A DNA stretch of 64,000 nucleotides, from assembly GCF_009914755.1 (NCBI RefSeq), contig NC_060927.1; one strand, written 5' to 3'. Source of the DNA: the human T2T-CHM13v2.0 reference genome, Homo sapiens. Of this stretch, positions 42,528 through 59,045 are shown piece after piece. Position numbers and translations under genes: made by a program. Below the pieces are notes generated by a model. That model made no database searches, was not told where the DNA came from, and saw nothing but the letters and a program-made list of their open reading frames with translations. Every line of letters starts with the position of its first letter. Position 1 is the stretch's first letter.

Positions 42528-43733
42528 CTCTAGAGATATTTTAGTCCTTCTCTCTGTTGCTGAGGATAGATGAGGGAAGATGGGGGTGAGGGTAGTGTTT
42601 CATGTATGTGTTGGAGGATCACACTGAGCAAATGTTGCTGAAATAATCTAAGCATTAAACAGTTTATTGGAGTAGGTAGCCTTTTATCTTTTCCAACCTT
42701 GAGATTCTATCATCTTGTGTCTAGCCTTCACAGTGCACATATATGGAAACAAGGAAATGTATACAAGGATACAAATTCTACTGAGCTATACAAATAGGGA
42801 TGATTGGCTAGTATAGCTGTATTCTTAGTTGCTGCCTCTTTGGGTGAGTAAACTATTATTTTATTCTGACTGCTTTTCAATGCACATGACATAGTTTTAT
42901 TAGACTACATTATGCACGGCATCATTGAGTCAAAGAAAAGTTATTAGCCTGCTAGAAGAAGCTTCTTAACCAGCTGTGAGGGCTCGTTAATATACATTAT
43001 GATGTTAATAGTGCACATAAATGTGTGTTGAATAGGTGGTAGGGGACAGAAATTGAAAGAAAATTAAAAATGTGAGAGAGACTGCAGCACATGGGAAATA
43101 AATGCTCATTGCCACTAGTCTCAATTATTTTTCTTTTTTTCAAGGTCAAGTTGGCAATTTTTCACAACTCCTACCCACAAATGCCCTTCCCGATTGATTG
43201 ACTCTTACAGCTAGAAGCTCTTCTTACACCCAGGAGGCAAGCTTGCTTCTTTTATGATATTAGAAAAAAATCTAAATGCCAAAGTGAAAAGAATACTGAG
43301 CTTCTGTTTATTTTTATCTGAAAATCAAAACATCATGCAAACTCTAAAGCAGTTAATTTTGATTTTAATCCAGGGTTTAAAAAAATAAGCTTAAATAACT
43401 AAAAAAATATCCAGAGGAAAATTGTTAATTATTTTAAATAAACATAAATAAAGCCTTATTATAACACTGCTAGGTAGGAATCTCCTAATTCTTCCCACTC
43501 AGTAAAGCATGCTATCTGATGTGGCAAAAGAAAGAAAATCTTTTGTTCATCTTTCCTATTGCAGGATGAAAGAATATCTAATGCTTCCATAATTGTGTAG
43601 GACTTTTTCTCATGGATTTTTTTCCCTAAAATTTAACCATAGCTTGAAGAATCAGGGTAAACTATCAAAATTTTGTACATAGAGAAGGGGAGAAGTCTCT
43701 AGGGATTCTTAATTGTCATATTGATGAACAAAG

Positions 43734-44103
43734 TGTATTAGTCTGTTTTCACACTGCTGATAAAAACATACCCAAGACTGGGCAATTCACAAAAGAGACA
43801 GGTTTAATTGGACTTACAGTTCCACATGCCTGAGGAGGCCTCACAATCACGGCAGAAGGCAAGGAGGAGCAAGTCACGTCTTACATGGATGGCGGCAGGC
43901 TAAGAAAGAGCTTGTGCAGGGAAACTCCCATTTTTAAAACTCTCAGACCTCATGAGACTCATTCACTATCATGAGAACAGTGCAAGAAAGACTCACCCCC
44001 ATAATTCAATCACCTCCCACTGGGTCCCTCCCACAACACATGAAAATTGTGGGAATTACAATTCAAGATGAAATTTGGGTGGGGACACAGCCAAACCATA
44101 TCA
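43734..44103 (-). mobile_element. THE1(B/C-like) MaLR solo LTR
   Basis: TGTATTAGTCTGTTTTCACACTGCTGATAAA...GGGGACACAGCCAAACCATATCA with a perfect 5-bp TSD CAAAG. Confidence 0.92.
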
Positions 44104-44359
44104 CAAAGAGAGATGTACATGATGTTTGATAGAAGTAGGAGAGTGTGATTAAATGGGAGAAGGCAGGAATAAAGTGGGAGGTAGGGGCTGTTAGCAGGGT
44201 AGGAAGATAACATTTCCAAGACAATCATTTAATTCTAAATATTATATAATGTATCAACCTCCTTTCAAAATTCCAATCTACAAATATTCTTTTTTTAGTG
44301 GCCTAATCTGTGAGATGCAGAGAGTAAATGTGCTTTTTTTCTCCAAAGCCCAACAATAT

Positions 44360-45520
44360 CTTAAAAGAGGTATAGGATGTAGAATTGACAGAACACAGGA
44401 GTTAGTCATAGATTGGCTGTCACCAAGTGAGGGAGACAAAAGGATCAAGAGTAATTTCTGGGTTTCTGGTATGAGAAATCTAGTTGATTGAAGTACCACT
44501 CACTGAAATGGGGAACAGGAGTAGTTTAGTTCAGCCATGTTTTTTTGAGATTTCTAGAAGACATTCCAATGGAGCTATCAAGTAGAAAGGTGACTATAGT
44601 TCTGGAGCTCAGAAAAAAGATCTGGGCTCCAGTTATCAATTTGTAGGTGATTACCATATACATGGTATTTAAAGCCATGGGACCAGACAGATCATAGGTT
44701 ATAGAAATTAGAATGTAGAGTGTGAAGAAAAAAAATCTAGAAGAAAGACTTGAGGCAGTCCAATTCCTTCTGTGGAGAGAGGGAGGGTCCAGAAAGGACT
44801 GGCCAGAAAATTAGGACAACTAGGAGAGTGAGCCATAGAGGCCAAGAGAAGTGAGTATTTGAAAAGGAGAGAGAGTCAACTGTGTTGAGTGCCTTTGATA
44901 AATCAAATAGAAAGGAAGTTGAAGTGTACATTGAATTTAAACCTGTTGAACACTGGTAACCTTAGCAAATGCACTTGCATTGTAGTGGTGAGAATGGACC
45001 AGATTAGTAGGGGTTATATAGGGAAAATGAGGAAGTTTAAACTACTTTAAGATATTTATTTGTCTATAAAGGGGGAGTAGAGAGATACAGGTAGCTGAAA
45101 GGAAATATGGGAGTCAAGATAATTTGTTTTGTTTTAAGATAGATGATTTTATATCATGTTTAAATGCTGAGGGAAGGATCAAAAAGGAAATGGCTGAAGA
45201 TGTGGGAGAGAGAAGGAGCTACTAAATGGGGTGAGGTTCATGAGAAACCTGGAGGGGTAGATCCAGAGCTTATGGTTTGGGACAGAAGGAGAAATCTGTC
45301 AATTGTCAAAGGGGTGGGGTGGGGATGGGTAATTAGAGAAGGCAAGGATGAGTGCTGATGTTAGTGTTGTCTAGAAGATTTGATGATAGGATGATGAGGA
45401 CATTCACATTGAGTGGCTTCCATTTTCTCTACTCATGGCAAAGTCATCAGCTGGAGTTGCAGTGGGAAAGGAGAAATTGGAGGATTGAGAAAAGTAGAAA
45501 GATTATGAAATAGTTGTAGC
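44360..45520 (-). mobile_element. L2 segment
   Basis: TCTGGAGCTCAGAAAAAAGATCTGGGCT, GGTATTTAAAGCCATGGGA, GAGTCAACTGTGTTGAGTGC and GGCAAAGTCATCAGCTG. Confidence 0.7.
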
Positions 45521-47599
45521 AGGTAATGACCTTGTTTCACTGGTTATCTTAGTTTACATTTGGATCTTTAGTAGTTTGTTTTCTAGTTCTACCACTCTGC
45601 TTGAAAATATTATAACATCTCTCCAATTCACTCATATCCCCTCCAGTCCCTCTCTTTTTGCCTCTTTATTGTTTCCCTTTTTTCTTTACTACCAAACTTC
45701 TTGAAATAGTAATTTGAGTTAATTACCAATTCTTGCTTATATTTCATTTGCTCCTAAATCCTTAGGATTTAAGGATCCTGAAGTGTTGGGAAAAGGAAGA
45801 TGACCCAGTGAAGAAGATGAAAGGGACCTCAAAGAAGTCAGAAGAAAATCAGCATAGAGTCATGTTAACGAAGCTGAGTACAGAATAAGATTCCAAAAGA
45901 GCTAAAAATCCATCTCAATTCATTCACCTCTTCTTTACTGAGGAATAATTGGTTATTCCTTCAATACAATCACAAGACTCTGTTTTTACAATTCACATCA
46001 ATAATCTTATTACAGTGGTTTATTATTAGTTGTTTATATGTCTGTTATTCCCCTATACTCAATTGTTATTAGTCCTTCAAGTTAGTATTACTCTCTTTTT
46101 CATTTCTTTTTTCTTTATGATTTTTGTCCCCTATAACATCTAGCATTGTACCTAGTGCAAAATACGCACACAATACATATTTGTTGAATAGGTGAAGTAT
46201 TTTATCTAACTTGTGGCTTAATTATCTTCAAACTCAGGCCTGAAATCCTAGCATGAAGCATGAATATTACATACTAGTGTTCATTCATTCAGCAAATATT
46301 TACAAAATACCTACCACATGTTAGTCACTATTGTTAATATAATGTGATGGGGATATAACCATAGACAAAAGAGACAAAAATCTATTTTTGTAAGCCCTTT
46401 TACAAACCATAAAACTGACCCTTCTTTCTATTCCCTGGTATTTTTCCTCTTTTCTATTCCTGTCTTATCAAAGGCTAAGGCCTTCAGGAAGCCTGATACG
46501 CATAAAGGGAATAAGATTCCTTCCTCATCATCTTGTTTGCTTCCCACACTCCATGAAACACATGTTTTGGTAGCTACTAACCTTAATTCTTTCAACTTTC
46601 TTCCTTTCTTGGACTGTGGAAATCTCTCTGAGTTGAGGAATTATAAATATGGTAACTGTATTTTTATGTTTATAAATTAGGGCACATATTCTTACAAAAA
46701 GCTTATTTTTTTCTTATTTGTAAACTAATTTACATAACATCTTACTGTGGTATAAAATTTAAATCACATTTAATTATATATATAATACTTTTTAAAAACT
46801 ATACAATTACATAAAGAGAAATTAAAAATTCAGCCAAGACAAATGTTAGTTAATACAATATTTGCATTGTCACTTTCATCATCTGCTGTTGAAATGATGG
46901 CACATTATTATTCTCATACTTGTTTGAAGAACTCAGCTTGCTTAATAATTGTTTATTCTTTCCATTTTTTCCCCCCAAATTTCTTGGCAAGTCTCTGAGT
47001 ACTCCATGCTGATTACTAGGAAAGATTTTACAATGCCAATGGTTATTTAAATCTCCAAAAATTGTTAATGAAGAAACAAACAATAAAGAACAAGCAAGCA
47101 AACAGCTTTCCTCAGTTCTGGAGTTTAAATAGACAGAGACTAAGCTTATATATTTTCCTTCCATTTCTGGAAGAATAATGTTTCCATGTTGAAAATCTTT
47201 AAACATATTCAACAGTCATTGATCTATTAGATACATTTGTCTCATTTTGCTAGCAAGTTCTTGTAAAGATACAACTTAAGGCCACAGTGTTCCTTTAACA
47301 GATAACATGACTGAGTTAATTACCTACTTTTCCAAGATTTATCACTCTGTGTCTCCCCAACTGAATCTACGCAGCTTATAGTTTCTTAGATTTCCTTTCT
47401 AAATGAGATTTCCTTTCTAGATGACTAGGTAATTAGCAACCTACAAATATCCAGGTACATACTACCCAAGGTCCAAATCATAACAAACAGTATTTTATAA
47501 TGTTCATGTTAAGTTCTTTTACTTTGCATAGTAAAATTAACACTTTTTTCTTTCAATTCTTTTATAATCACTAATATTCATATGAGACTTCTGGTGCTG

Positions 47600-47830
47600 A
47601 AAAATAATAGTAGCAAACATTTATGGAAGTCGTCCTATGTGCCAGGCAGTGTTGAGTGCTAGCATGAATTCTCTCACTTAATCTTTACAACAATCTCATG
47701 AGGTTGGTAATTTTATATTCCTTTGGTCGATAAGAAAATTGAAGCACAGAGAAGTTAAGTAACTTGCCCAACATCACACACCAAAAATGTGGCAGCCTCA
47801 AATCTACCTGAAACCAGAGATTTTGCTCTT
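47600..47830 (-). mobile_element. MIR SINE
   Basis: CTATGTGCCAGGCAGTG...ACAACAATCTCATGAGGT...GAAGCACAGAGAAGTTAAGTAACTTGCCCAACATCACAC. Confidence 0.8.
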
Positions 47831-49479
47831 AAAAACAAACTATCATGTATCTGTCTCCCCTCAAGGTTTTGCCGCTCAAACTTAAAAACGGCCTTATGGA
47901 AAACAGTGGTATTTGTTGAGAAACTGGATGTTTTTTCATGGTTTAGGAAAACAATAATACAGATTTTTTTTTTTAATTTAAAGTCTTAGTATATTTAGAG
48001 GTACACAATATTTAAATAGAAACTGTTCCAGAAAATTCAAGATATTTGGTCTCCATAATTAAAGAACATTAGACACAGACATACTTAAAAACTATGCAAA
48101 ATAAAGTAATATTTGCATTAAATAAAGAAGGATTATGGCTAAAGACAGTAGAGAACTGGGAATAATGGGGAGGAAGGAATGAGACTGAGAAATAAAATTT
48201 GTTTTTCTAACCACGGAGAGCTAGAGGGAGAAAAACCCATAAATCACTCTGGCTGTTACTGAAAAAATGCTTGTAAAGTTCCTCAGCTTGGCAAAGGTTA
48301 AGAGAACAATAATGTTTTGTCAGCCCGAGCCAGCCAAGGAGCTGATTAGAACAGAAAGTTTATCCTTCATAGCCAGAGAGGACCCATTTAAAAGGTTTTC
48401 TTGTTTTAGAGTCTGCAATCAGACAGGCACGAAGTCACTCATCCTTTTTCTTACCCTCATGACCGTGTGTTTGAACTTCTGCTTATGGTAAAGCAAAGTC
48501 ATGCTGGTATCCTGGCTTATTGTCTGAAACTCCAGTGTGCCAGTTTTAGCAGAGCTAATAATTAGTATGGCCATTTACAAAATTATAACATTATAACCCT
48601 TTGTTAGCCATTAAGAAAAATTAATTCAGTAATGGCATTATTAAATTTGTTATTACCATCACGAAAATAAATATATATCCCTACTTAAACTGGTGCAATC
48701 TTCATGAGTCATGATGAATTAAAGTTTCAGGAAACAAGAGAGGCTAGGTCTAAAAGAAATTGTTTCCTCTTGTCTCCATATTCCAAACCCAAGAAAAGCT
48801 TACATCCCTTTGTAGTTTTTTTCATCTAGATCAGGATCAAAGAATCTATGGTCTATGGCCTGAATCTTGCTCACAACTTCAGTGTGAATAAAAATTTCAA
48901 GGGTTCATATTTCTGTTTATTTTGTCTATCATTGCAAAAACCAAAACTGGTTTTTAAAGGTCTCTAGTATTATTTTAAGATGAAATTCTCCTTCTGTAGA
49001 TATATCTATATTTCTTTCTCTGCCCTTTCAGCTGTCCTTGTTCTTATTTTCTCATTTTCCCCTCAAATAACAATAACACAAAAAACTACAATTCTTATTT
49101 GATAAAATTGGATGAAAGTTTGTGTCATCACTTTTAAAATTTAGAAGTAAAACTTAGAGATTACTAAGCTTCTCTCTAGCCTTAAAGTTCTATGAAAACT
49201 TTTATAGTTCCTCCCTCCAAACTGAAATCACATGCAGTCACATGTTTTACATTGCCACGTTTTTCTGTTCTGTTTAGTTGATTATGCTTAGGAATTCTTA
49301 TCATTTTAAAATCTCTCTGAATTTTGTCAACATCTAAATGAAAACATCAATGTAGGTGGTATGGGATTTCACTTTACAAAAGTCCCTTGTAACACGAGCT
49401 CTCCACAGAGACCTAACCTCTTAATGAGGGTATAAATTTGCACAACCTCTTAATAATAAAATTTAGAATTACAAATGAA

Positions 49480-49865
49480 GACATATTATTTTGACATAGT
49501 AATATCCCCTAAAATACTGAAACTTTACCAAAGATTTAGTATGAAGGTATTATCCTCATTATTATTTATAATAGTATAAAGTTAGAAAAAAATAAAATAT
49601 TCAAGAATATGGAAATGATTAAATAAATTGTGGAATAATTACATGATTAAACATAATATTGGCATTCAAAAATGATGTGTCTGAAGAAGAATATTTAATG
49701 AAATGGGGAATGCTTACAACAAAATGTTAGTTAAAAAAAGAAATCAAAATAGTATATATTAGACACTTCCAATTTATTTAAAAAGGTCCTAAAAAGGACT
49801 AGAAATAGATGTCTAGATTTTCTAAAGTTTCTCTAATACATGCACCTTACTTTTATAATCAGATA
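49480..49865 (+). mobile_element. Ancient L1ME-like 3' fragment
   Basis: ATTATTTATAATAG...AAATAAATTGTGGAATA...TTAATGAAATGGGGAATGCTTACAA...ACTTTTATAATCAG. Confidence 0.55.
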
Positions 49866-50289
49866 TAAATGTACACAGATGTAAATAGAAATATATTAAT
49901 AAAAATGTGATCTCCAGAAATCTCTAATTGGTAGAAGGACACTTTTGAGAATTTGTGTGTTTTTTGTCTACTGTGGGCTACAGTTCAGCTCTGTTGGCCA
50001 GTACCTACATGGATACCATTTTAATTACCTTTTCCTTTTTTTTTTTTTAACAAGTTGGCACTTTATTCTTTTTTTTTAATTATTATTATACTTTAAGTTT
50101 TAGGGTACATGTGCACAACGTGCAGGTTTGTTACATATGTATACATGTGCCATGTTGGTGTGCTGCACCCATTAACTCGTCATTTAGCATTAGGTATATT
50201 ACCTAATGCTATCCCTTCCCCCTCCCCGCACCCCACAACAGTCCCCAGAGTGTGATGTTCCCCTTCCTGTGTCCATGTGTTCTCATTGT

Positions 50290-54115
<3,826 letters not shown>

Positions 54116-54178
54116 TATGATGTTAGCTGGTTATTTTGCTCGTTAGTTGATGCAGTTTCTTCCTAGCCTTGATGGTCT

Positions 54179-55193
54179 TTACAATTTGGCATGTTTTTGC
54201 AGTGGCTGGTACTGGTTGCTCGTTTCCATATTTAGTGCTTCCTTCAGGAGCTCTTTTAGGGCAGGCCTGGTGGTGACAAAATGTCTCAGCATTTGCTTGT
54301 CTGTAAAGGATTTTATTTCTCCTTCACTTATGAAGCTTAGTTTGGCTGGATATGAAATTCTGGGTTGAAAATTCTTTTCTTTAAGATTGTTGAATATTGG
54401 CCCCCACTCTCTTCTGGCTTGTAGAGTTTCTGCTGAGAGATCAGTTGTTAGTCTGATGGGCTTCCCTTTGTGGGTAACCCGACCTTTGTCTCTGGCTGCC
54501 CTTAACATTTTTTCCTTCATTTCAACTTTGGTGAATCTGACAATTATGTGTCTTGGAGTTGCTCTTCTCGAGGAGTATCTTTGTGGCATTCTCTGTATTT
54601 CCTGAATTTGAATGTTAACCTGCCTTGCTAGATTGGGGAAGTTCTCCTGGATAATATCCTGCAGAGTGTTTTCCAACTTGTTTCCATTCTCCCTGTCACT
54701 TTCAGGTACACCAATTAGATGTAGATTTGGTCTTTTCACCTAGTCCCATATTTCTTGGAGGCTTTGTTCATTTCTTTTTATTCTTTTTTCTTTAAACTTC
54801 TCTTCATGCTTCATTTCATTCAGTTTGTCTTCCATTGCTGATACCCTTTCTTCCAGTTGATCGCATTGGTTACTGAGGCTTGCGCATTCATCATGTAGTT
54901 CTTCTGCCATGGTTTTCAGCTCCATCAGGTCCTTTAAGACTTCTCTGCATTGGTTATTCTAGTTATCCATTTGTCTAATTTTTTTCAAAGTTTTTAACTT
55001 CTTTGCCATTGGTTCAAACTTCCTCCTTTAGCTCAGAGTAGTTTGATCTTCTGAAGCCTTCCTCTTTCAACTCGTCAAAGTCATTCTCCGTCCAGCTTTG
55101 TTCCATTGCTGGTGAGGAGCTGTGTTCCTTTGGAGGAGGAGAGTTGCTCTGATTTTTAGAGTTTCTGGTTTTTCTGCTCTGTTTTTTCCCCAT
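54179..55193 (-). pseudogene. L1 ORF1 (RNA-binding protein), disrupted
   Basis: ATG at 55193-55191 (MGKKQSRK). Fragments MELKTMAEEL...QEIWD* (in-frame TAG at ~54740) and KRPNLHLIGVPESD...YQPLQKHAKL. Confidence 0.92.
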
Positions 55194-55766
55194 CTTTGTG
55201 GTTTTATCTACCTTTGGTCTTTGATGATGGTTACATACAGATGGGGTTTTGGTGTCGATGTCCTTTCTGTTTGTTAGTTTTCCTTCTAACAGACAGGACC
55301 CTCAGCTGTAGGTCTGTTGGAGTTTACTGGAGGTCCACTCCAGACCCTGTTTGCCTGGGTATCAGCAGCGATGGCTGCAGAACAGCAGATATTGGTGAAC
55401 CGCAAATGCTGCTGCCTGATAGTTCCTCTGGAAGTTTTGTCTCAGAGGAGTACCCGGCAGTGTGAGGTGTCAGTCTGCCCCTACTGGGGGGTGTCTCCCA
55501 GTTAGGCTACTCGGGGGTCAGGGACCCACTTGAGGAGGCAGTCTGCCTGTTCTCAGATCTCAAGCTGTGTGCTGGGAGAACCACTACTCTCTTCAAAGCT
55601 GTCAGACAGGACATTTAAGTCTGCAGGGGTTATTGCTGTCTTGTGTTTGTCTGTGCCCTGCCCCCAGAGGTGGAGCCCACAAGGCAGGCAGGCCTCCTTG
55701 AGCTGTGGTGGGCTCCACCCAGTTTGAGCTTCCCTGCCACTTTGTTTACCTACTCAAGCCTGAGCA

Positions 55767-56255
55767 ATGGCGGGCGCCCCTCCCCAAGCTTTGCTGCTGC
55801 CTTGCAGTTTGATCTCAGACTGCTGTGCTAACAATGAGCGAGGCTCCATGGGCATAGGACCCTCTGAGCCAGGTGCGAGATATAATCTCCTGGTGTGCCG
55901 TTTGATAAGCCCATTGGAAAAGCGCAGTATTAGGGTGGGAGTGACCCAATTTTCCAGGTGCTGTCTGTCACCCCTTTCTTTGACTAGGAAAGGGAATTCC
56001 CTGACCCCTTGTGCTTCCCAGGTGAGGCCATGCCTCGCCCTGCTTCGGCTCATGCGTGGTGCGCTGCACCCACTGTCCTATACCCACTGTCCGGCACTCC
56101 CCAGTGAGATGAACCCGGTACCTCAGTTGGAAATGCAGAAATCACCCATCTTCTGCATCGCTTACGCTGGGAGCTGTAGACCGGAGCTGTTCCTATTCAG
56201 CCATCTTGGCTCCACCCCCCTTAATTACCTTTCAATAAGTCTGTGTAGTGTTTAG
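55767..56255 (+). CDS. L1 antisense ORF0, ATG intact, open for 162 codons (expression unproven)
   Basis: MAGAPPQALLLPCSLISDCCANNERGSMGIGPSEPG...RVGVTQFSRC matches the primate L1 ORF0 peptide (MAGAPPPASLPPCSLISDCC...). It lies antisense within the L1 5' UTR. Confidence 0.6.
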   Translation: MAGAPPQALLLPCSLISDCCANNERGSMGIGPSEPGARYNLLVCRLISPLEKRSIRVGVTQFSRCCLSPLSLTRKGNSLTPCASQVRPCLALLRLMRGALHPLSYTHCPALPSEMNPVPQLEMQKSPIFCIAYAGSCRPELFLFSHLGSTPLNYLSISLCSV

Positions 56256-57916
56256 GAAGAGATGGTAGTGAATCTTGACTAAACAAATCATATGAAGACA
56301 GAATTTTTGATTGGAAAGAACCTTAAAAGTCACCTAGTCCAAATCCTCTTCCTTTTTCTCAATTTCAGCTATAGTCAATCCACAGATGCAAAGGAATTTC
56401 GTATTAATAGTAATGGGAACATAAATTCAAATCTAAAGCCAATTCCTATAAACTATTTTACTAAAGTACCAAATAATGGAAATGATGACAATATTATTTA
56501 TTAGTGGTTTGCATTCTACAAGTCACTTTTATATACATAATTTCACTTGTTTCTTATATTACCCTGTATTTATTCCCATATAAAAGGGTAAATTGAGGCT
56601 TAGAGGCTAAAAGTGCTTGTTAGTGCAACAGTTAGTAAACTTAGGCCTGTCCCAACACTAAATCTTTTTTCTTACCACATCACAATGTGATGGATGAATA
56701 TGTGAAAATTATTTTAGAATATGCACAAAGAGCTGATTTTAAGTACATGTTTAACAGCAAATATTTGAGTTTTGCCCCTAGCAGGGCAAAACTATTTGCT
56801 ATTCTGTTATTGATTGTGTGCTGAGCCATATTTTGTGTCTTGGTTCTATCCTAATGACCCCTGCCTGTTTATCTGAAACCCATGACAGCTATGACATTAT
56901 CTAATTAACCCTGTGGTTTTTCCTTTGTGGATTTGGACTAGGAATAAGGGTTTTAATGCTGATTGTTATTTATTGCCATATAATAGAAAGCTGACAATTA
57001 TTAACCAGTACTCCTCTTGAAGGATGTATAATAGGGTCAGAAAAGAGTTAGATGAAAACTTAGGAAGGAAAGGTAATTCCTAATCCTCTGGAAAAATTTG
57101 CCAGAAAGGATATAGGTGGAACCTGTTTACTTAGCTATGTTCTCTTACTGAAATTCTAACTTTTAAACCGGCAAATAATAAGGACACTGCTATAACTTGA
57201 TTGAAGAGTCAGAAGTGAGTGACAAATTAGGTTGCTCATGCCAGGACCTAGAAGCTCACAGCACGCACAATGGAAATGTTCGCATTTGCTAATGTAAACA
57301 ATTGCCAGCCCCACCTTATGGTAAGTATTATGTCATCATTCTCCCTCCATCCAAATTCTCCTTCCAGCTGTTCTGATAGTCACTCAGACTACAGCCTTTC
57401 TCAGCAAATTAATACTGCCTTACTACATCTAATTAGTTATTGATAACTGATTTTCTTCAATTTTGATGGGGTACTCCCCTGCGACTCTGTTAATGTATTT
57501 CAAATTATACTGAGATTTCTTGTGAGATAAGAACCTCCCATTAGCTTGCCGTTCCCAAAGTCTTCCATTTCTAGTACTCAGTGCCCATGAACTCTCAAAT
57601 GTCTTTTTAGTTCTAGTATCCAAATTCCTGAAGAGATATTTTCCATTTTTTTCTGTTTTGTTTTAACCTAATACTCGAATTTGTCATAATTAACTTTTCT
57701 AATATAAAACACCTTTATAAAGGGATTTCTCTGGGTCCTCAACAGAAAACTACTAGCGTGAGGAAAGAACTTTGGAGTAAGATTGAGATTAGTCCAAATT
57801 CTTGTTTCAAAACCTACCAGATGTATGATATTGGGCTTATTACTTAACCTTGCTTTGCTTCAGTTTTTTACCTGTAAAATGGAGTTATCTATAGCTACCA
57901 TACATTATTGTTGTGA

Positions 57917-58227
<311 letters not shown>

Positions 58228-58306
58228 AATAAATGTAAATTTTTAAACACAATTCCAGCTCATAGTAGATGCTCTCCTCAAAGGATGTTGAATTTGATGA
58301 TCTTAT

Positions 58307-58711
58307 TGTCATGGGCTAAATTGTGTCTTCCCAAAATTCATATGTCAAAGCCCTAACCTTCAGTACCTCAGAATGGAAGCATATTTGGAGATAGGATATT
58401 TTAAAAGGTGATTAAGCCACAATGAGGCCATGAAGGTGGACTCTAACACAATCTGACTGGGAGCCTTATAAGAAGCGGAAATTTAGGCACATGGAGAAAT
58501 CAACGAGGGATGTGAGCCCACAGAGAAAAGACCATGTAAGGCCACAGAGAGAAGGTGACTATCTGCAAGCCATTGAGAGAGCCTCAGAAGAAAATAAATC
58601 TGCCGATGCCTTGATCTTGGATTTCTAGCCTCCCAAACTGTGCTAAGTTCCTGTTTTTTAAGCTACCCAGTCTATGGTATTTTGTTATGGCAGTCCTGAA
58701 AGACTAATACA
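58307..58711 (+). mobile_element. MLT1A/B-like MaLR solo LTR
   Basis: TGTCATGGGCTAAATTGTGTCTTCCCAAAATTCATATGT...GTATTTTGTTATGGCAGTCCTGAAAGACTAATACA. Confidence 0.88.
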
Positions 58712-58809
58712 CATACAATCACTATTTTAGGTGGAGAATTGACCCGCCACCTTTTTTTCTATTCTAGTTTCTATTTAATCTTCTAAATGGTATCAAATAA
58801 TAAGGCACC

Positions 58810-59045
58810 GATTAAGAGCATGATCTTAGAAGTTAGACAGCTTTGAATTCGAAGACTGGATTATCCACCTAAGTGACCTTGGGTGAATTTCTTAAATATT
58901 TCTGAGCTCCAAATTTCCTCTTTCATAAAATGGGGACAATACCTATCTTATAGAGTTATAATAAGGATCAAGTTAAAAGAGTTGTATGTAAAGTTCATAG
59001 TACAATGTTTGACGTAGTGCTAAATAACTGGTAGAATTATTATTA
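58810..59045 (+). mobile_element. MIR SINE
   Basis: ATTAAGAGCATG...GTGACCTTGGGTGAATTTCTTAA...AAAATGGGGACAATACCTATCTTATAGAGTT. Confidence 0.75.
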
